A stretch of DNA of 64,000 nt, taken from assembly GCA_031382385.1 (NCBI GenBank), contig JANMYS010000061.1, positions 2,403-66,402 of the forward strand, in the 5' to 3' direction. This document shows, piece by piece, positions 1 to 8,542 of the stretch. How positions within the stretch are numbered: position 1 is the first letter of the stretch; every line of letters starts with the position of its first letter. The notes under the pieces are model-generated. The model was given only the letters and a program-made list of their open reading frames with translations. It made no database searches and was not told where the DNA came from. The position numbers and the translations under genes are program-made. The DNA is from Gemmatimonadota bacterium (GTDB lineage Bacteria; Gemmatimonadota; Gemmatimonadetes; Gemmatimonadales; GWC2-71-9).

Positions 1-982
1 CCGCCCAGGTGGCGATCACATCCGCCTCGCCCAGGTGTGCATTGGGAAAGGCGGCGTTGGCCGACCGGAGCAGGTAGACCACATCGTCGGCGGTGGCCCG
101 GACGTCGTCCGGCGATTCGTCGGTGTCGGTGTCGGTCGTCCCGATGTAGGAAAAGTCACCCCACGGCAGCACGAACATCACCCGACCGTCCAGGGGGCTG
201 GTGAGCGTGATGCCCGCCGCATGGCCCAGTCGCTCGCGCCGGACCAGCACATGGGCGCCGCGAGTGCGCCGAAGCAGTGGGGTGGCGGCCGGATCTTCCA
301 TGCGGCGAAGCGCGTCTCCCCAGGGCCCGGTCGCGTTGACCACGATGGTCGACCGTACCGTGGCGGTCGCACCGGTGAGCCGGTCCCGCAGGTGGGCGCC
401 ACGCACCTGGCCGTCATCCCGCACCAATCCCTCGACGGCGGTGTACGTTCCAATCCGGGCGCCATGCTGAATGGCGGAGCGGGCGGTGGCGAGGGTGAGC
501 CGGGCGTCGTCGCACTGGGCGTCGAAGTAGCGCACCCCGCCGACCAGACCGCGTTCGCGGACCATTGGTTCCTGCTGGAGCAGCCCGCGCTTGCCCAGCA
601 ACCGGTGCCACCGCACATTCCGGAAGGCGGCAAGCAGGTCGTAGGCCCAGGCCCCGGCCCACAGCTTCCAGAGCGGGACCCGGTCGCCGTGATGCACCGG
701 AAAGACGAAAGGGAGCGGCCGGACGAGGTGAGGCGCAATTGCGAGCAGGATGCCGCGCTCGCGCAGCGCCTCGAAGATCAGGCCGAACTCCCCATGCTCG
801 AGGTAGCGCAGACCACCATGCACCAGGCGGCTCGAGCGGGAACTGGTGCCGCCCGCGATATCATGCTGATCCACCAGGACCGTCCGGAGGCCGCGCATTG
901 CGGCGTCGCGGGCGATCCCCGCCCCGGTTATTCCCCCGCCGATGACCAGCAGGTCGACGGGTTCCCGGGCGAGCTGGTCCAC
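1..982 (-). CDS. glpD: FAD-dependent glycerol-3-phosphate dehydrogenase, N-terminal part (gene runs off the window edge)
   Basis: My own reverse-strand translation from GTG (complement of 980-982) reads VDQLAREPVDLLVIGGGITGAGIARDAAMRGLRTVLVDQHDIAGGTSSRSSRLVHGGLRYLEHGEF. This is the GxGxxG dinucleotide fold plus the GlpD signature. It is absent from the ORF track because it is incomplete. The listed + strand ORF 35..985 is its antisense shadow. Confidence 0.85.
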   Translation of the reverse strand, partial: MDQLAREPVDLLVIGGGITGAGIARDAAMRGLRTVLVDQHDIAGGTSSRSSRLVHGGLRYLEHGEFGLIFEALRERGILLAIAPHLVRPLPFVFPVHHGDRVPLWKLWAGAWAYDLLAAFRNVRWHRLLGKRGLLQQEPMVRERGLVGGVRYFDAQCDDARLTLATARSAIQHGARIGTYTAVEGLVRDDGQVRGAHLRDRLTGATATVRSTIVVNATGPWGDALRRMEDPAATPLLRRTRGAHVLVRRERLGHAAGITLTSPLDGRVMFVLPWGDFSYIGTTDTDTDESPDDVRATADDVVYLLRSANAAFPNAHLGEADVIATWA

Positions 983-991
983 TGAGGAGCG

Positions 992-1561
992 ATGCCAGAT
1001 CTCACGCGTGGGGCTCCCCCGCCCGTCCTGTACCTGCCGCGGCCGAGTACGTGGCTGGTCTGGCATGACTACCTCTTCCGCCCGGGCCAGCGGGTGATCG
1101 ACCTCGCCTGCGGCGAAGGCCGGCATGCGCTCAAGGCGGCGCAGTGGGGCGCCACCGTGGTTGGACTGGATGCGGATGAATCCAAGCTGGAGATCGGCCG
1201 GGAAGCAGCCAGCCGGCTCGGGGTCACCGTCGATTTTCGCTGTGTCGATCTCATCGATACCTGGCCGGAGCTCGGCACTTACGATGTGGTACTGCTGTTC
1301 AACTACCTGGATCGGCCGCGCATGCCCGAGGTGCGGAATCTCGTGGTCCCCGGCGGGCTGCTGATCATGGAGACCTATCTCGAATGGCAGCGTACTCAGG
1401 GCTGGGGTCCGACCAGCGACGACCACCTGCTGGAGCCGGGCGAGCTGGCCCGGCTCGTCGCCCCGTTCGAACCGATTCATGGCCGCGAGGTCTTCGAGCC
1501 GGTCGAGAACAACAAGGTGCGTGCTATCGCCAGCGTGGTCGCGCAGCGGATGCATGCGTAA
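992..1561 (+). CDS. class I SAM-dependent methyltransferase
   Basis: Motif I VIDLACGEGRH, then VVGLD and a DVVLLFNYL acidic loop. GGAG lies 5 nt upstream of the ATG. Confidence 0.8.
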   Translation: MPDLTRGAPPPVLYLPRPSTWLVWHDYLFRPGQRVIDLACGEGRHALKAAQWGATVVGLDADESKLEIGREAASRLGVTVDFRCVDLIDTWPELGTYDVVLLFNYLDRPRMPEVRNLVVPGGLLIMETYLEWQRTQGWGPTSDDHLLEPGELARLVAPFEPIHGREVFEPVENNKVRAIASVVAQRMHA

Positions 1562-1603
1562 CTTGCGCGGGCCCGTTCGTCCGTCCACTCCCGCCCGAAG
1601 ATA

Positions 1604-2890
1604 ATGGCTAACTCCCGTCGTCCCGCGATCGTCGCCGGTCTCCGCACCCCCTTTGCGCGCAGCGGCACCGTCTTTCGCGATGTCTCCGCGGTCCAGCTCG
1701 CCCGCCGGGCGACCCAGGAACTGCTGCTCCGCACCGCGCTCGACGGCCGGCTGGTCGACGAGGTCGCCTTCGGGCAGGTGGTGGCGTCGGCGCTGGCCCC
1801 GAATGTGGCCCGCGAAGTCAGTCTCCTGCCGCAGCTTCCGCGGACCATTCCCGCATTCTCCGTCAACCGCGCCTGCGCCTCGGCCGGCCAGGCCATCACC
1901 TACGCCGCCGACCAGATCACCCTGGGGCATGCCGACGTGATCCTCGCGGGCGGAGTCGAGTCGCTCTCCGACATTCCCATCCTGCACAGCAAGCGGATGA
2001 GCCAGATCCTGGTCGAGGCCAGCAAGGCGAAGAGCCTCGGCCAGCGGCTCACCGCCTTCGGGAAGATTCGCCCGCGCGACCTCATCCCCGTGTCGCCGGC
2101 GATCGCCGAGCCGAGCACCGGGGAAAGCATGGGGCAGTCGGCGGAAAAGATGGCGAAGGAGAACGGCATCACCCGGGAGGCGCAGGATCGTCTCGCCCTG
2201 CTGAGCCACCAGCGCGCCGCCGCGGCGACCCAGAGCGGCCGGCTGGCTGAGGAGATCGCGCCATGGTTTGGCGGCAGGAACATGGATGAGGTCGTCACCA
2301 CCGACAACCTGATTCGGGGCGACACCTCCCTCGATGCGCTGGCCAAGCTCAAGCCGGTCTTCGACCGGCGCTACGGCTCGGTGACCGCCGGGAATGCCTC
2401 CTCGCTCACCGACGGTGCCGCTGTCGTGCTGATGATGGAGGAACAGAAGGCGCGCGCGCTGGGCTATCGACCGCTGGCGGTTGTCCGCAGCTACGCCGTG
2501 GCGGCGGTTGACCCCGGCTGGCAGCTGCTGATGGGACCGGCATACGCGGTGCCCAAGGCGCTCGACCGCGCCGGTATCACCTGGAAGGAACTCGGCCTGG
2601 TCGAGATCCACGAGGCATTCGCTTCGCAGGTGCTGTCGAATGCGGAGGCGTGGGGCTCCAAGGCTTGGGCCGAAAAGCTGGGCCGTCCGGCGCCGGTCGG
2701 CGAAGTCGACTGGAATCGCACCAATGTGTTCGGCGGGTCGATCGCGATCGGCCACCCCTTCGGCGCGACCGGCGCACGCATCGCGACGACGCTCGCCAAC
2801 GAGATGGTCAAGCGCGACGTGCAGTTCGGGTTGATCTCCATCTGCGCCCAGGGCGGGATGGGGTTCGCGATGGTGCTGGAGCGGGTGTAG
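1604..2890 (+). CDS. fadI: 3-ketoacyl-CoA thiolase (FadI-type)
   Basis: Thiolase motifs NRACASAGQAI, GHPFGATGARI and CAQGGMGFAMVLE. The N-terminus RRPAIVAGLRTPFARSG is FadI-like. It lies immediately upstream of fadJ. Confidence 0.85.
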   Translation: MANSRRPAIVAGLRTPFARSGTVFRDVSAVQLARRATQELLLRTALDGRLVDEVAFGQVVASALAPNVAREVSLLPQLPRTIPAFSVNRACASAGQAITYAADQITLGHADVILAGGVESLSDIPILHSKRMSQILVEASKAKSLGQRLTAFGKIRPRDLIPVSPAIAEPSTGESMGQSAEKMAKENGITREAQDRLALLSHQRAAAATQSGRLAEEIAPWFGGRNMDEVVTTDNLIRGDTSLDALAKLKPVFDRRYGSVTAGNASSLTDGAAVVLMMEEQKARALGYRPLAVVRSYAVAAVDPGWQLLMGPAYAVPKALDRAGITWKELGLVEIHEAFASQVLSNAEAWGSKAWAEKLGRPAPVGEVDWNRTNVFGGSIAIGHPFGATGARIATTLANEMVKRDVQFGLISICAQGGMGFAMVLERV

Positions 2891-2895
2891 GGGCA

Positions 2896-2930
2896 GGCGA
2901 TAGGCGATAGGCGATAGGCGATAGGCGGTA
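2896..2930. repeat. tandem heptamer array (GGCGATA)x4 plus GGCGGTA
   Basis: Read directly from the sequence. It starts 6 nt after the fadI stop. Confidence 0.9.
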
Positions 2931-2968
2931 GGGAGTAGGCGGGTAGGGGCGGAGCTCCAGCTCCGCCC
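2931..2968. repeat. GGGAGTAGGCGGGTAGGGG box plus hairpin GGGCGGAGC tcca GCTCCGCCC
   Basis: The reverse complement matches 10322-10350 (GGGGCGGAACTGGAGCTCCGCCCCTACCCG) with one mismatch over about 29 nt. Confidence 0.85.
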
Positions 2969-3019
2969 TTAAGAGATCCTTCGTCGCTGCGCTCCTCAGG
3001 ATGACAGCAGTCAGAAACT

Positions 3020-3046
3020 AACGGCCAACGGCTAACGGCCAATGGC
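3020..3046. repeat. heptamer array ACGGCCA ACGGCTA ACGGCCA ATGGCC
   Basis: Read directly. Confidence 0.9.
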
Positions 3047-3061
3047 CCTCAAAGGCTCCAC

Positions 3062-5203
3062 ATGTCCGCACTCACCGAATCCCGCCATGGCTCCGTTGCC
3101 GTGCTCACCCTCGATCTTCCGGGCGAGCCGGTCAACAAGCTCAACGCGGCGGTCAAGGCCGAACTGGAGTCGGCGTTTGCACGGCTCAGGACGGACACGA
3201 CCCTGTCGGCGGTAGTGCTGATCTCGGGCAAGGCGGACACCTTCATCGCCGGCGCCGATATCGAGGAGTTCACCAGGCTCGGCACGCGCGAGGCCTTCGA
3301 GCAGCTCTCGCGCGAGGGGCAGATCATGCTCCAGATGGTCGAGGATTTTCCCCGGCCCGTCATCGCGGCGATCCACGGCGCCTGTCTCGGCGGCGGACTC
3401 GAGGTGGCGCTGGCGTGCCATTACCGCATCTGCACCGATCATCCCAAGACCCAGCTCGGTCTCCCGGAGGTCATGCTTGGCTTGCTCCCAGGTGCGGGCG
3501 GCTGCGTGCGGCTGCCGCGGCTGATTGGCGTGTCCGCCGCATTGGCCATCATCCTGCCCGGCCGCAGCGAGACCGGACCCAAGGCGTTCAAGCTCGGGCT
3601 GGTCGATGAGCTGGTTCCGAAGAGCATCCTGCTGGAGACGGCATTGAAGGCCGCGGCGCGGCTCGCTGGTGCTGGCGTCCCCGCCCGAAAGAAGAAGGGC
3701 GCACTCGCTGGAGCGATCCTTGACCGGACCTGGCTCGGTCGCCGGATCGTCTACAGCAAGGCGCGGCGCGACACGGTCAAGAAGACCTTCGGCAACTACC
3801 CCGCCCCGCTCGCGGCCCTGGACGTGGTGCGGACCGGGCTCGAGCATGGCGCGGCGGCCGGCTTTGTCGCGGAGCATCGGCAGTTTGGCGCGCTGGCCGC
3901 CACCGAGGTCTCCCGCAAGCTGATCGGCATCTTCTTCGCAACCAACGCCCTCAAGAAGGACGACGGCCTTCCCCCCGGAGTCGCCGCCGCGCCGCGCACG
4001 GTCGAGCGCCTGGGTGTCATCGGATCGGGCTTCATGGGCGCGGGCATCGCGGGCACGGCGGTCAGCCTGGCCGGGGTCGGGGTCCGGCTGCGGGATACCG
4101 AGCTGCCGCGTGTGGGGAAGGGGCTCAAGTCCGCCACCGACATCCTCACCACGAGGCTCAAGCGGCGGCGGCTGTCCCGTTTCGAATATGAGCGGCTCAC
4201 CGCGCTGCTCACTGGCGGCACCGACTTCACCGGCTTCCACAACGCCGATCTCGTCATCGAGGCGGTGTTCGAGGATCTCGACGTGAAGCGTTCCGTGCTG
4301 GCAGAGACCGAGGCGGCGACGCCCGACCGGGCCATCTTCGCCACCAACACCTCCACGATCCCGATCGGCGACATCGCCGCCAATGCGCGCCGGCCGGAAC
4401 GGGTGCTGGGGATGCACTTCTTCTCGCCGGTTGACCGGATGCCGCTGCTGGAAGTCATTCCGACGACGAAAACCAGTGCCGAGTCGATCGCGACGGCGGT
4501 GCATTTCGGCCGCAAGATGGGGAAGACGGTCATCGTCGTGCGGGACCACCCGGGATTCTGGGTCAACCGCATTCTGACGCCGTACATGAACGAGGCCGGC
4601 TACCTCTTCAGCGAAGGCGTCCCGATGGAAGTGCTGGACCGGGTCATGACACGGTTCGGCTTTCCGGTGGGTCCGATCACGCTGCTGGATGAAGTCGGGC
4701 TGGACGTCGCGGCAAAGGCGGGGGGCGTGATGCACAAGGCCTTCGGCGAGCGGCTGACCCCGTCGACCATGCTTGGCAAGCTGCTGGCGGACAAGCGGCT
4801 CGGCCGAAAGAACGGCCGCGGCTTCTATCTCTATGCCAAGGGTCAGAAGGCGGGCCCGGATGAAACGGTCTACGATCTCCTGGGCATCAAGCCGAGCCGG
4901 CCCGCCGATCTCACGCTGACGGAGCAGCGCCTGGTCTACAGCATGTTGAATGAGGCGGCCATGGCCGCGGGCGAGGGCGTGGTCCGTTCCCCGCGCGACG
5001 GCGACATCGGGGCCATCTATGGTATCGGCTATCCGCCCTTCCGCGGCGGGCCGTTGCGCTACATCGATGACCTCGGCCCCGCCGCGGTGGTTGCCACGTT
5101 GCGGGCGCTCGAGCAGCAGGTCGGTCCTCGCTTCCAGCCCGCCGCCTCGCTGGTGCGGATGGCGGAGAGCGGGGCCACGTTCTACGGCGCGGTGCCGGGG
5201 TAG
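3062..5203 (+). CDS. fadJ: fatty-acid oxidation complex alpha subunit (enoyl-CoA hydratase / 3-hydroxyacyl-CoA dehydrogenase)
   Basis: 713 aa. It has an N-terminal crotonase fold (AAIHGACLGGGLEVALAC) and a central NAD-binding GVIGSGFMGAGIA with a 3-HCDH domain. Confidence 0.9.
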   Translation: MSALTESRHGSVAVLTLDLPGEPVNKLNAAVKAELESAFARLRTDTTLSAVVLISGKADTFIAGADIEEFTRLGTREAFEQLSREGQIMLQMVEDFPRPVIAAIHGACLGGGLEVALACHYRICTDHPKTQLGLPEVMLGLLPGAGGCVRLPRLIGVSAALAIILPGRSETGPKAFKLGLVDELVPKSILLETALKAAARLAGAGVPARKKKGALAGAILDRTWLGRRIVYSKARRDTVKKTFGNYPAPLAALDVVRTGLEHGAAAGFVAEHRQFGALAATEVSRKLIGIFFATNALKKDDGLPPGVAAAPRTVERLGVIGSGFMGAGIAGTAVSLAGVGVRLRDTELPRVGKGLKSATDILTTRLKRRRLSRFEYERLTALLTGGTDFTGFHNADLVIEAVFEDLDVKRSVLAETEAATPDRAIFATNTSTIPIGDIAANARRPERVLGMHFFSPVDRMPLLEVIPTTKTSAESIATAVHFGRKMGKTVIVVRDHPGFWVNRILTPYMNEAGYLFSEGVPMEVLDRVMTRFGFPVGPITLLDEVGLDVAAKAGGVMHKAFGERLTPSTMLGKLLADKRLGRKNGRGFYLYAKGQKAGPDETVYDLLGIKPSRPADLTLTEQRLVYSMLNEAAMAAGEGVVRSPRDGDIGAIYGIGYPPFRGGPLRYIDDLGPAAVVATLRALEQQVGPRFQPAASLVRMAESGATFYGAVPG

Positions 5204-5296
5204 GCGCAGACGTCCGCCTCCCCCGCCCTCCTCGAGCGGCTCACCGCCGGCCTGGGCGATCGCTACGTCATCGAGCGGGAGCTGGGGCGCGGGGGG

Positions 5297-7504
5297 ATGT
5301 CGGTGGTCTACCTGGTCCACGACCGCCGGCATGACCGGCCGGTGGCGCTCAAGGTCCTGCACGGCGCACTCCTGAGCAGCGGGGAACACGCCGACCGGTT
5401 CCTGCGCGAGATTCGCTTCGCCGCTCAGCTGACCCACCCGCACATCCTGCCGCTGTATGACTCGGGCGAGATTGCTTCCCCCGAGGGGCCCCCACTCCTC
5501 TTCTATGTCATGCCGCTGGTTGCGGGCGGCTCGCTCCGCGATCGGCTCAAGGCGGAACATCGGCTTCCGGTAGATCAGGCCATTCGCCTGATCCGCGCGG
5601 CAGGCGCCGCGCTCGACTACGCCCACCGGCGGAACATCGTACACCGCGACGTGAAGCCGGAGAACATTCTGCTGCAGGAAGGGGAGCCGGTGGTCGCCGA
5701 TTTCGGCGTGGCGCGCGCGCTTTGTGATGCCTGTGATGTGGCGGGGGCGGCGTTGCCAGTGACGGAACCGGGTGTCGCGGTGGGAACGCCGGTCTACATG
5801 AGCCCGGAGCAGGCCAGCGGGGACCCGGTCATCGACGCCCGGAGCGATCAGTACGCGCTGGCCTGTGTGCTCTATGAGTTGCTCACCGGCCAGCCGCCCT
5901 TTGCCGGCAGCAGCGCGCGGAAAACCATGGCGCGGCATGCCACCGAAACACCCCGCTCGCCGCGGCTCGACCGGCCGGAGATTCCCGCGGCGGTGGAGCG
6001 GGCACTGCTCCAGGCGCTCGCGAAGGACCCGGCGGAGCGATACGCCTCGGTGGTGGAATTCTGTGACGCACTGGTCACGCCGCTTTCCGGACTGCCGGAC
6101 CAGCCCGGCGGGCGTGGCCGGCGTACCATCGCGGTGCTGCCGTTCACCAACGCCACCCCGAATGCGGATAACGAATACGTCAGCGATGGGATCACCGAGG
6201 AGCTGATCCACGCGCTGGCGCAGGTCGAGGGGTTGCAGGTCTCACCCCGGAGCTCGGTCTTTGCGCTCAAGGGCAAGCACGAGGATGTCCGCGCGGTCGG
6301 CGCGCTGCTGGGGGCATCGGTGGTGCTGGAAGGGAGTGTCCGACGCGCCGGCGACCGGTTCCGGATCACCGCCCAGCTGTCCGATGCGACCGACGGCCGG
6401 CTGCTCTGGTCGGAGCGCTTCGACCGCGAGGGCCGGGACATCCTCGCGTTGCAGGACGACCTGGCCCGAAGCATCGTGGCGACACTGCGCAGCCAGTTTC
6501 TCGAGCCTGAGGCACTGGGCGAGGTGGTGCCGCGCCGCGCGACCAGTAATCCGCGGGCCTACCACCTCTACCTGCGGGGCCGCCACGCGTGGAACAAGCG
6601 CACCGGTGCCGACCTGCTGCAGGCGGTGCAGTTCTTCGAGCAGGCCATCGTGGAGGATCCCGGCTTCGCGCTGGCCTACACCGGACTGGCCGACTCCTAC
6701 GCGCAATACGTCGACTACCGCGCGATGCCCGTCGCCGAAGGACTTGGGCGCGCGCGAGAAGAAGCCAGAAAGGCGATCGCGCTCGACGACACCCTGGCCG
6801 AGGCGCATACCTCGCTCGCGTGGGTGCTGTTCATCCATGACTGGGACTGGGCCGCGGCGGGCCGGGAGTTCCGCCGGGCGATTGAGCTCGATCCGCGCTA
6901 CGCCAGCGCCCGGCAGTGGTACTCCTGGTATCTCGCGGCGATGGGCCGGATGCCCGAGTCGCTGGCGGAGGGACAGCGTTCGGTGGAACTCGATCCGGCT
7001 TCGGTTTCAATCCGGCGCAGCTTCGGCTGGCTCTACTACTACGCGGGAACTCCCCACCTCGGCGTGCCGCACCTGGAACGGGCGCTGATGATGAACCCCG
7101 AGTCTCCCGACAATCACCTGCTGCTCGGCATCCTGCTGACTCACGCCGGCCGGCTGGAGGAGGCACGGGGTTCCATCGCGACGGCACTCGATCTCATGCC
7201 GGAGGACAGCCACGCGTTAGCCGCCAAGGCACACGTCGATCTGCTTCAAGGCCACAAGGCCGAGGCGGAGGCCACCTGGGGACGGTTCGAGGCGATGGCC
7301 CGCGAACGCTACGTCTCTCCCACCGACTTCGCCCGCCTGGCGCTGGTGCTGGGTCGCACCGAAGACGCTTTCGACTGGCTGGAGCGCGCCCGGGTGGCCC
7401 GGCGCGGCTGGCTGGCCTACCTCAGGGTGGACCTGCTGTTCGATCCTGTCCGAAACGACCCGCGATTCACTGCGCTGATGCGACAGATGGGGTTAAACGC
7501 CTGA
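5297..7504 (+). CDS. Ser/Thr protein kinase with C-terminal TPR region (true 5' end probably upstream of 5297, see findings)
   Basis: Hanks kinase motifs VALKVL, HRDVKPENILL, DFGVA and YMSPEQ. These are followed by an IAVLPF...LEGSVRR module and TPR repeats. The glycine-loop sequence LGRGGM starts upstream of the first ATG. Confidence 0.85.
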   Translation: MSVVYLVHDRRHDRPVALKVLHGALLSSGEHADRFLREIRFAAQLTHPHILPLYDSGEIASPEGPPLLFYVMPLVAGGSLRDRLKAEHRLPVDQAIRLIRAAGAALDYAHRRNIVHRDVKPENILLQEGEPVVADFGVARALCDACDVAGAALPVTEPGVAVGTPVYMSPEQASGDPVIDARSDQYALACVLYELLTGQPPFAGSSARKTMARHATETPRSPRLDRPEIPAAVERALLQALAKDPAERYASVVEFCDALVTPLSGLPDQPGGRGRRTIAVLPFTNATPNADNEYVSDGITEELIHALAQVEGLQVSPRSSVFALKGKHEDVRAVGALLGASVVLEGSVRRAGDRFRITAQLSDATDGRLLWSERFDREGRDILALQDDLARSIVATLRSQFLEPEALGEVVPRRATSNPRAYHLYLRGRHAWNKRTGADLLQAVQFFEQAIVEDPGFALAYTGLADSYAQYVDYRAMPVAEGLGRAREEARKAIALDDTLAEAHTSLAWVLFIHDWDWAAAGREFRRAIELDPRYASARQWYSWYLAAMGRMPESLAEGQRSVELDPASVSIRRSFGWLYYYAGTPHLGVPHLERALMMNPESPDNHLLLGILLTHAGRLEEARGSIATALDLMPEDSHALAAKAHVDLLQGHKAEAEATWGRFEAMARERYVSPTDFARLALVLGRTEDAFDWLERARVARRGWLAYLRVDLLFDPVRNDPRFTALMRQMGLNA

Positions 7505-7810
7505 AACAGGCGGCGAAATCGAGCTGACCTGTCTAGATTTGCCAGTGGAAGTTGTACACCAGTGGGCCCGCGGCTCAGGCGCCAGATCACGAGGTCGCAA
7601 CAGATGGAAGGATGACCGCTACAGCCCGGTCCGGAAATCACCTGACATTCGATTCGCTAAGAATTACATAAAGCTTTATATAACATATGTTTGCGTCATA
7701 GATCACGGCCGACATGTTTGTCCGGGATCGTGGCGGCATCATTCTTGGTGTCTGGCGTCATTGCGCCGGGGGTTTTCGCCCCTAGGTTTGACTCGATTGC
7801 TGCAGTCGCA

Positions 7811-8542
7811 ATGTCAATAATTCAGACAGGCAAAGTGATGTCCACCAGTGGTGTGCCGAGTGCCATGCCGATCCGCCAGTTTCCCGTCGCCGTGCGGACC
7901 CGGGTCCGGGTCGCGTATGCGGTTGCATGGGAGGCGCTGATCAACACCCATACCGAGCAGGCCCGGCTCTTCATCGGCGAATTCGCCAGCCGGCTCTCCC
8001 CGCTCGATGGGCTGGAGCTCTACCTGACCGTCGTGTCGGTCCCGGCGCCGATGCAGGAGCCGGTGCGCACCCGGACGCTCACGGCCCTCGACCTCGAATG
8101 CCTGCCACCCCAGACGCCGATGCCGGTCCTGCGCGGCTGGCGCCTGCTCCGCCTCGACCTGGTGCTCAAGCTGATCCGCTACCGCCGGCAGTATGCGGAA
8201 AAGACGCTGGAGCTGGCACGGATGGTGGGGGCGCGTGCCGAGGAGGCGATCACCGCGACGCACGTGTACAACGCCCAGGACCTGGCGCAGCTGCTGACCG
8301 GGCACATGACGGTGGAGCGGACGGTGGGGGAGTACCTGCGGGCCTTCTACCTGCCGCTGGCGACGGCGCAGGCGGTCATGCAGCGGATCAAGGCGGAGGT
8401 GGCGGGGAGCCACCTGGCGGCGCAGTACGCCCGCGCGGCAGAACCTGATCCCGAACTGCTCGAGCTGCAGGAAGCGGCGGAGGAACCGCGCACCACCGGC
8501 GAAAGCTACGATACGGCGCCGAGTTCCTCGTTGCTGGGATAG
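7811..8542 (+). CDS. hypothetical protein, no family recognised
   Basis: High GC3 is sustained through the ORF. I prefer ATG 7811 (or 7838) over the track start at 7691, which lies in AT-rich non-coding-looking DNA. The 3' end overlaps the rho 3' end by 37 nt. Confidence 0.55.
   Translation: MSIIQTGKVMSTSGVPSAMPIRQFPVAVRTRVRVAYAVAWEALINTHTEQARLFIGEFASRLSPLDGLELYLTVVSVPAPMQEPVRTRTLTALDLECLPPQTPMPVLRGWRLLRLDLVLKLIRYRRQYAEKTLELARMVGARAEEAITATHVYNAQDLAQLLTGHMTVERTVGEYLRAFYLPLATAQAVMQRIKAEVAGSHLAAQYARAAEPDPELLELQEAAEEPRTTGESYDTAPSSSLLG

Noticed and set aside
5201-5203. Genome-wide reassignment of TAG to a sense codon (e.g. pyrrolysine) as an explanation for the two in-frame TAG junctions
   Set aside because: TAG ends about 20 well-delimited genes at positions that agree with family-typical C-termini (rho, fadI, pfkA, prolyl oligopeptidase, S41 peptidase and others). 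No pyl genes are visible. Local read-through or non-canonical initiation remains possible, but global recoding is not supported.
3032-6211. 1059-aa minus-strand ORF, the longest in the track
   Set aside because: It lies antisense to fadJ and kinase 1, both of which have clear family motifs. Its translation is Arg/Gly/Pro-rich with no motifs, which is the typical high-GC shadow ORF. The same reasoning applies to 16129..17421(+), 25714..26940(-), 26855..28108(-), 28134..29489(-), 33614..35275(+), 36308..37855(-), 38622..39923(-), 40510..42417(+), 46974..48521(+), 51857..53599(+), 55110..56819(+) and 59836..61341(-).
7651-7690. Sigma-70-like promoter in the AT-rich patch (TTCGCT - 17 nt - TTATAT)
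   Set aside because: The match is weak in both hexamers and promoter consensus is unknown for this lineage. It is mentioned only as context in the AT-rich island finding.
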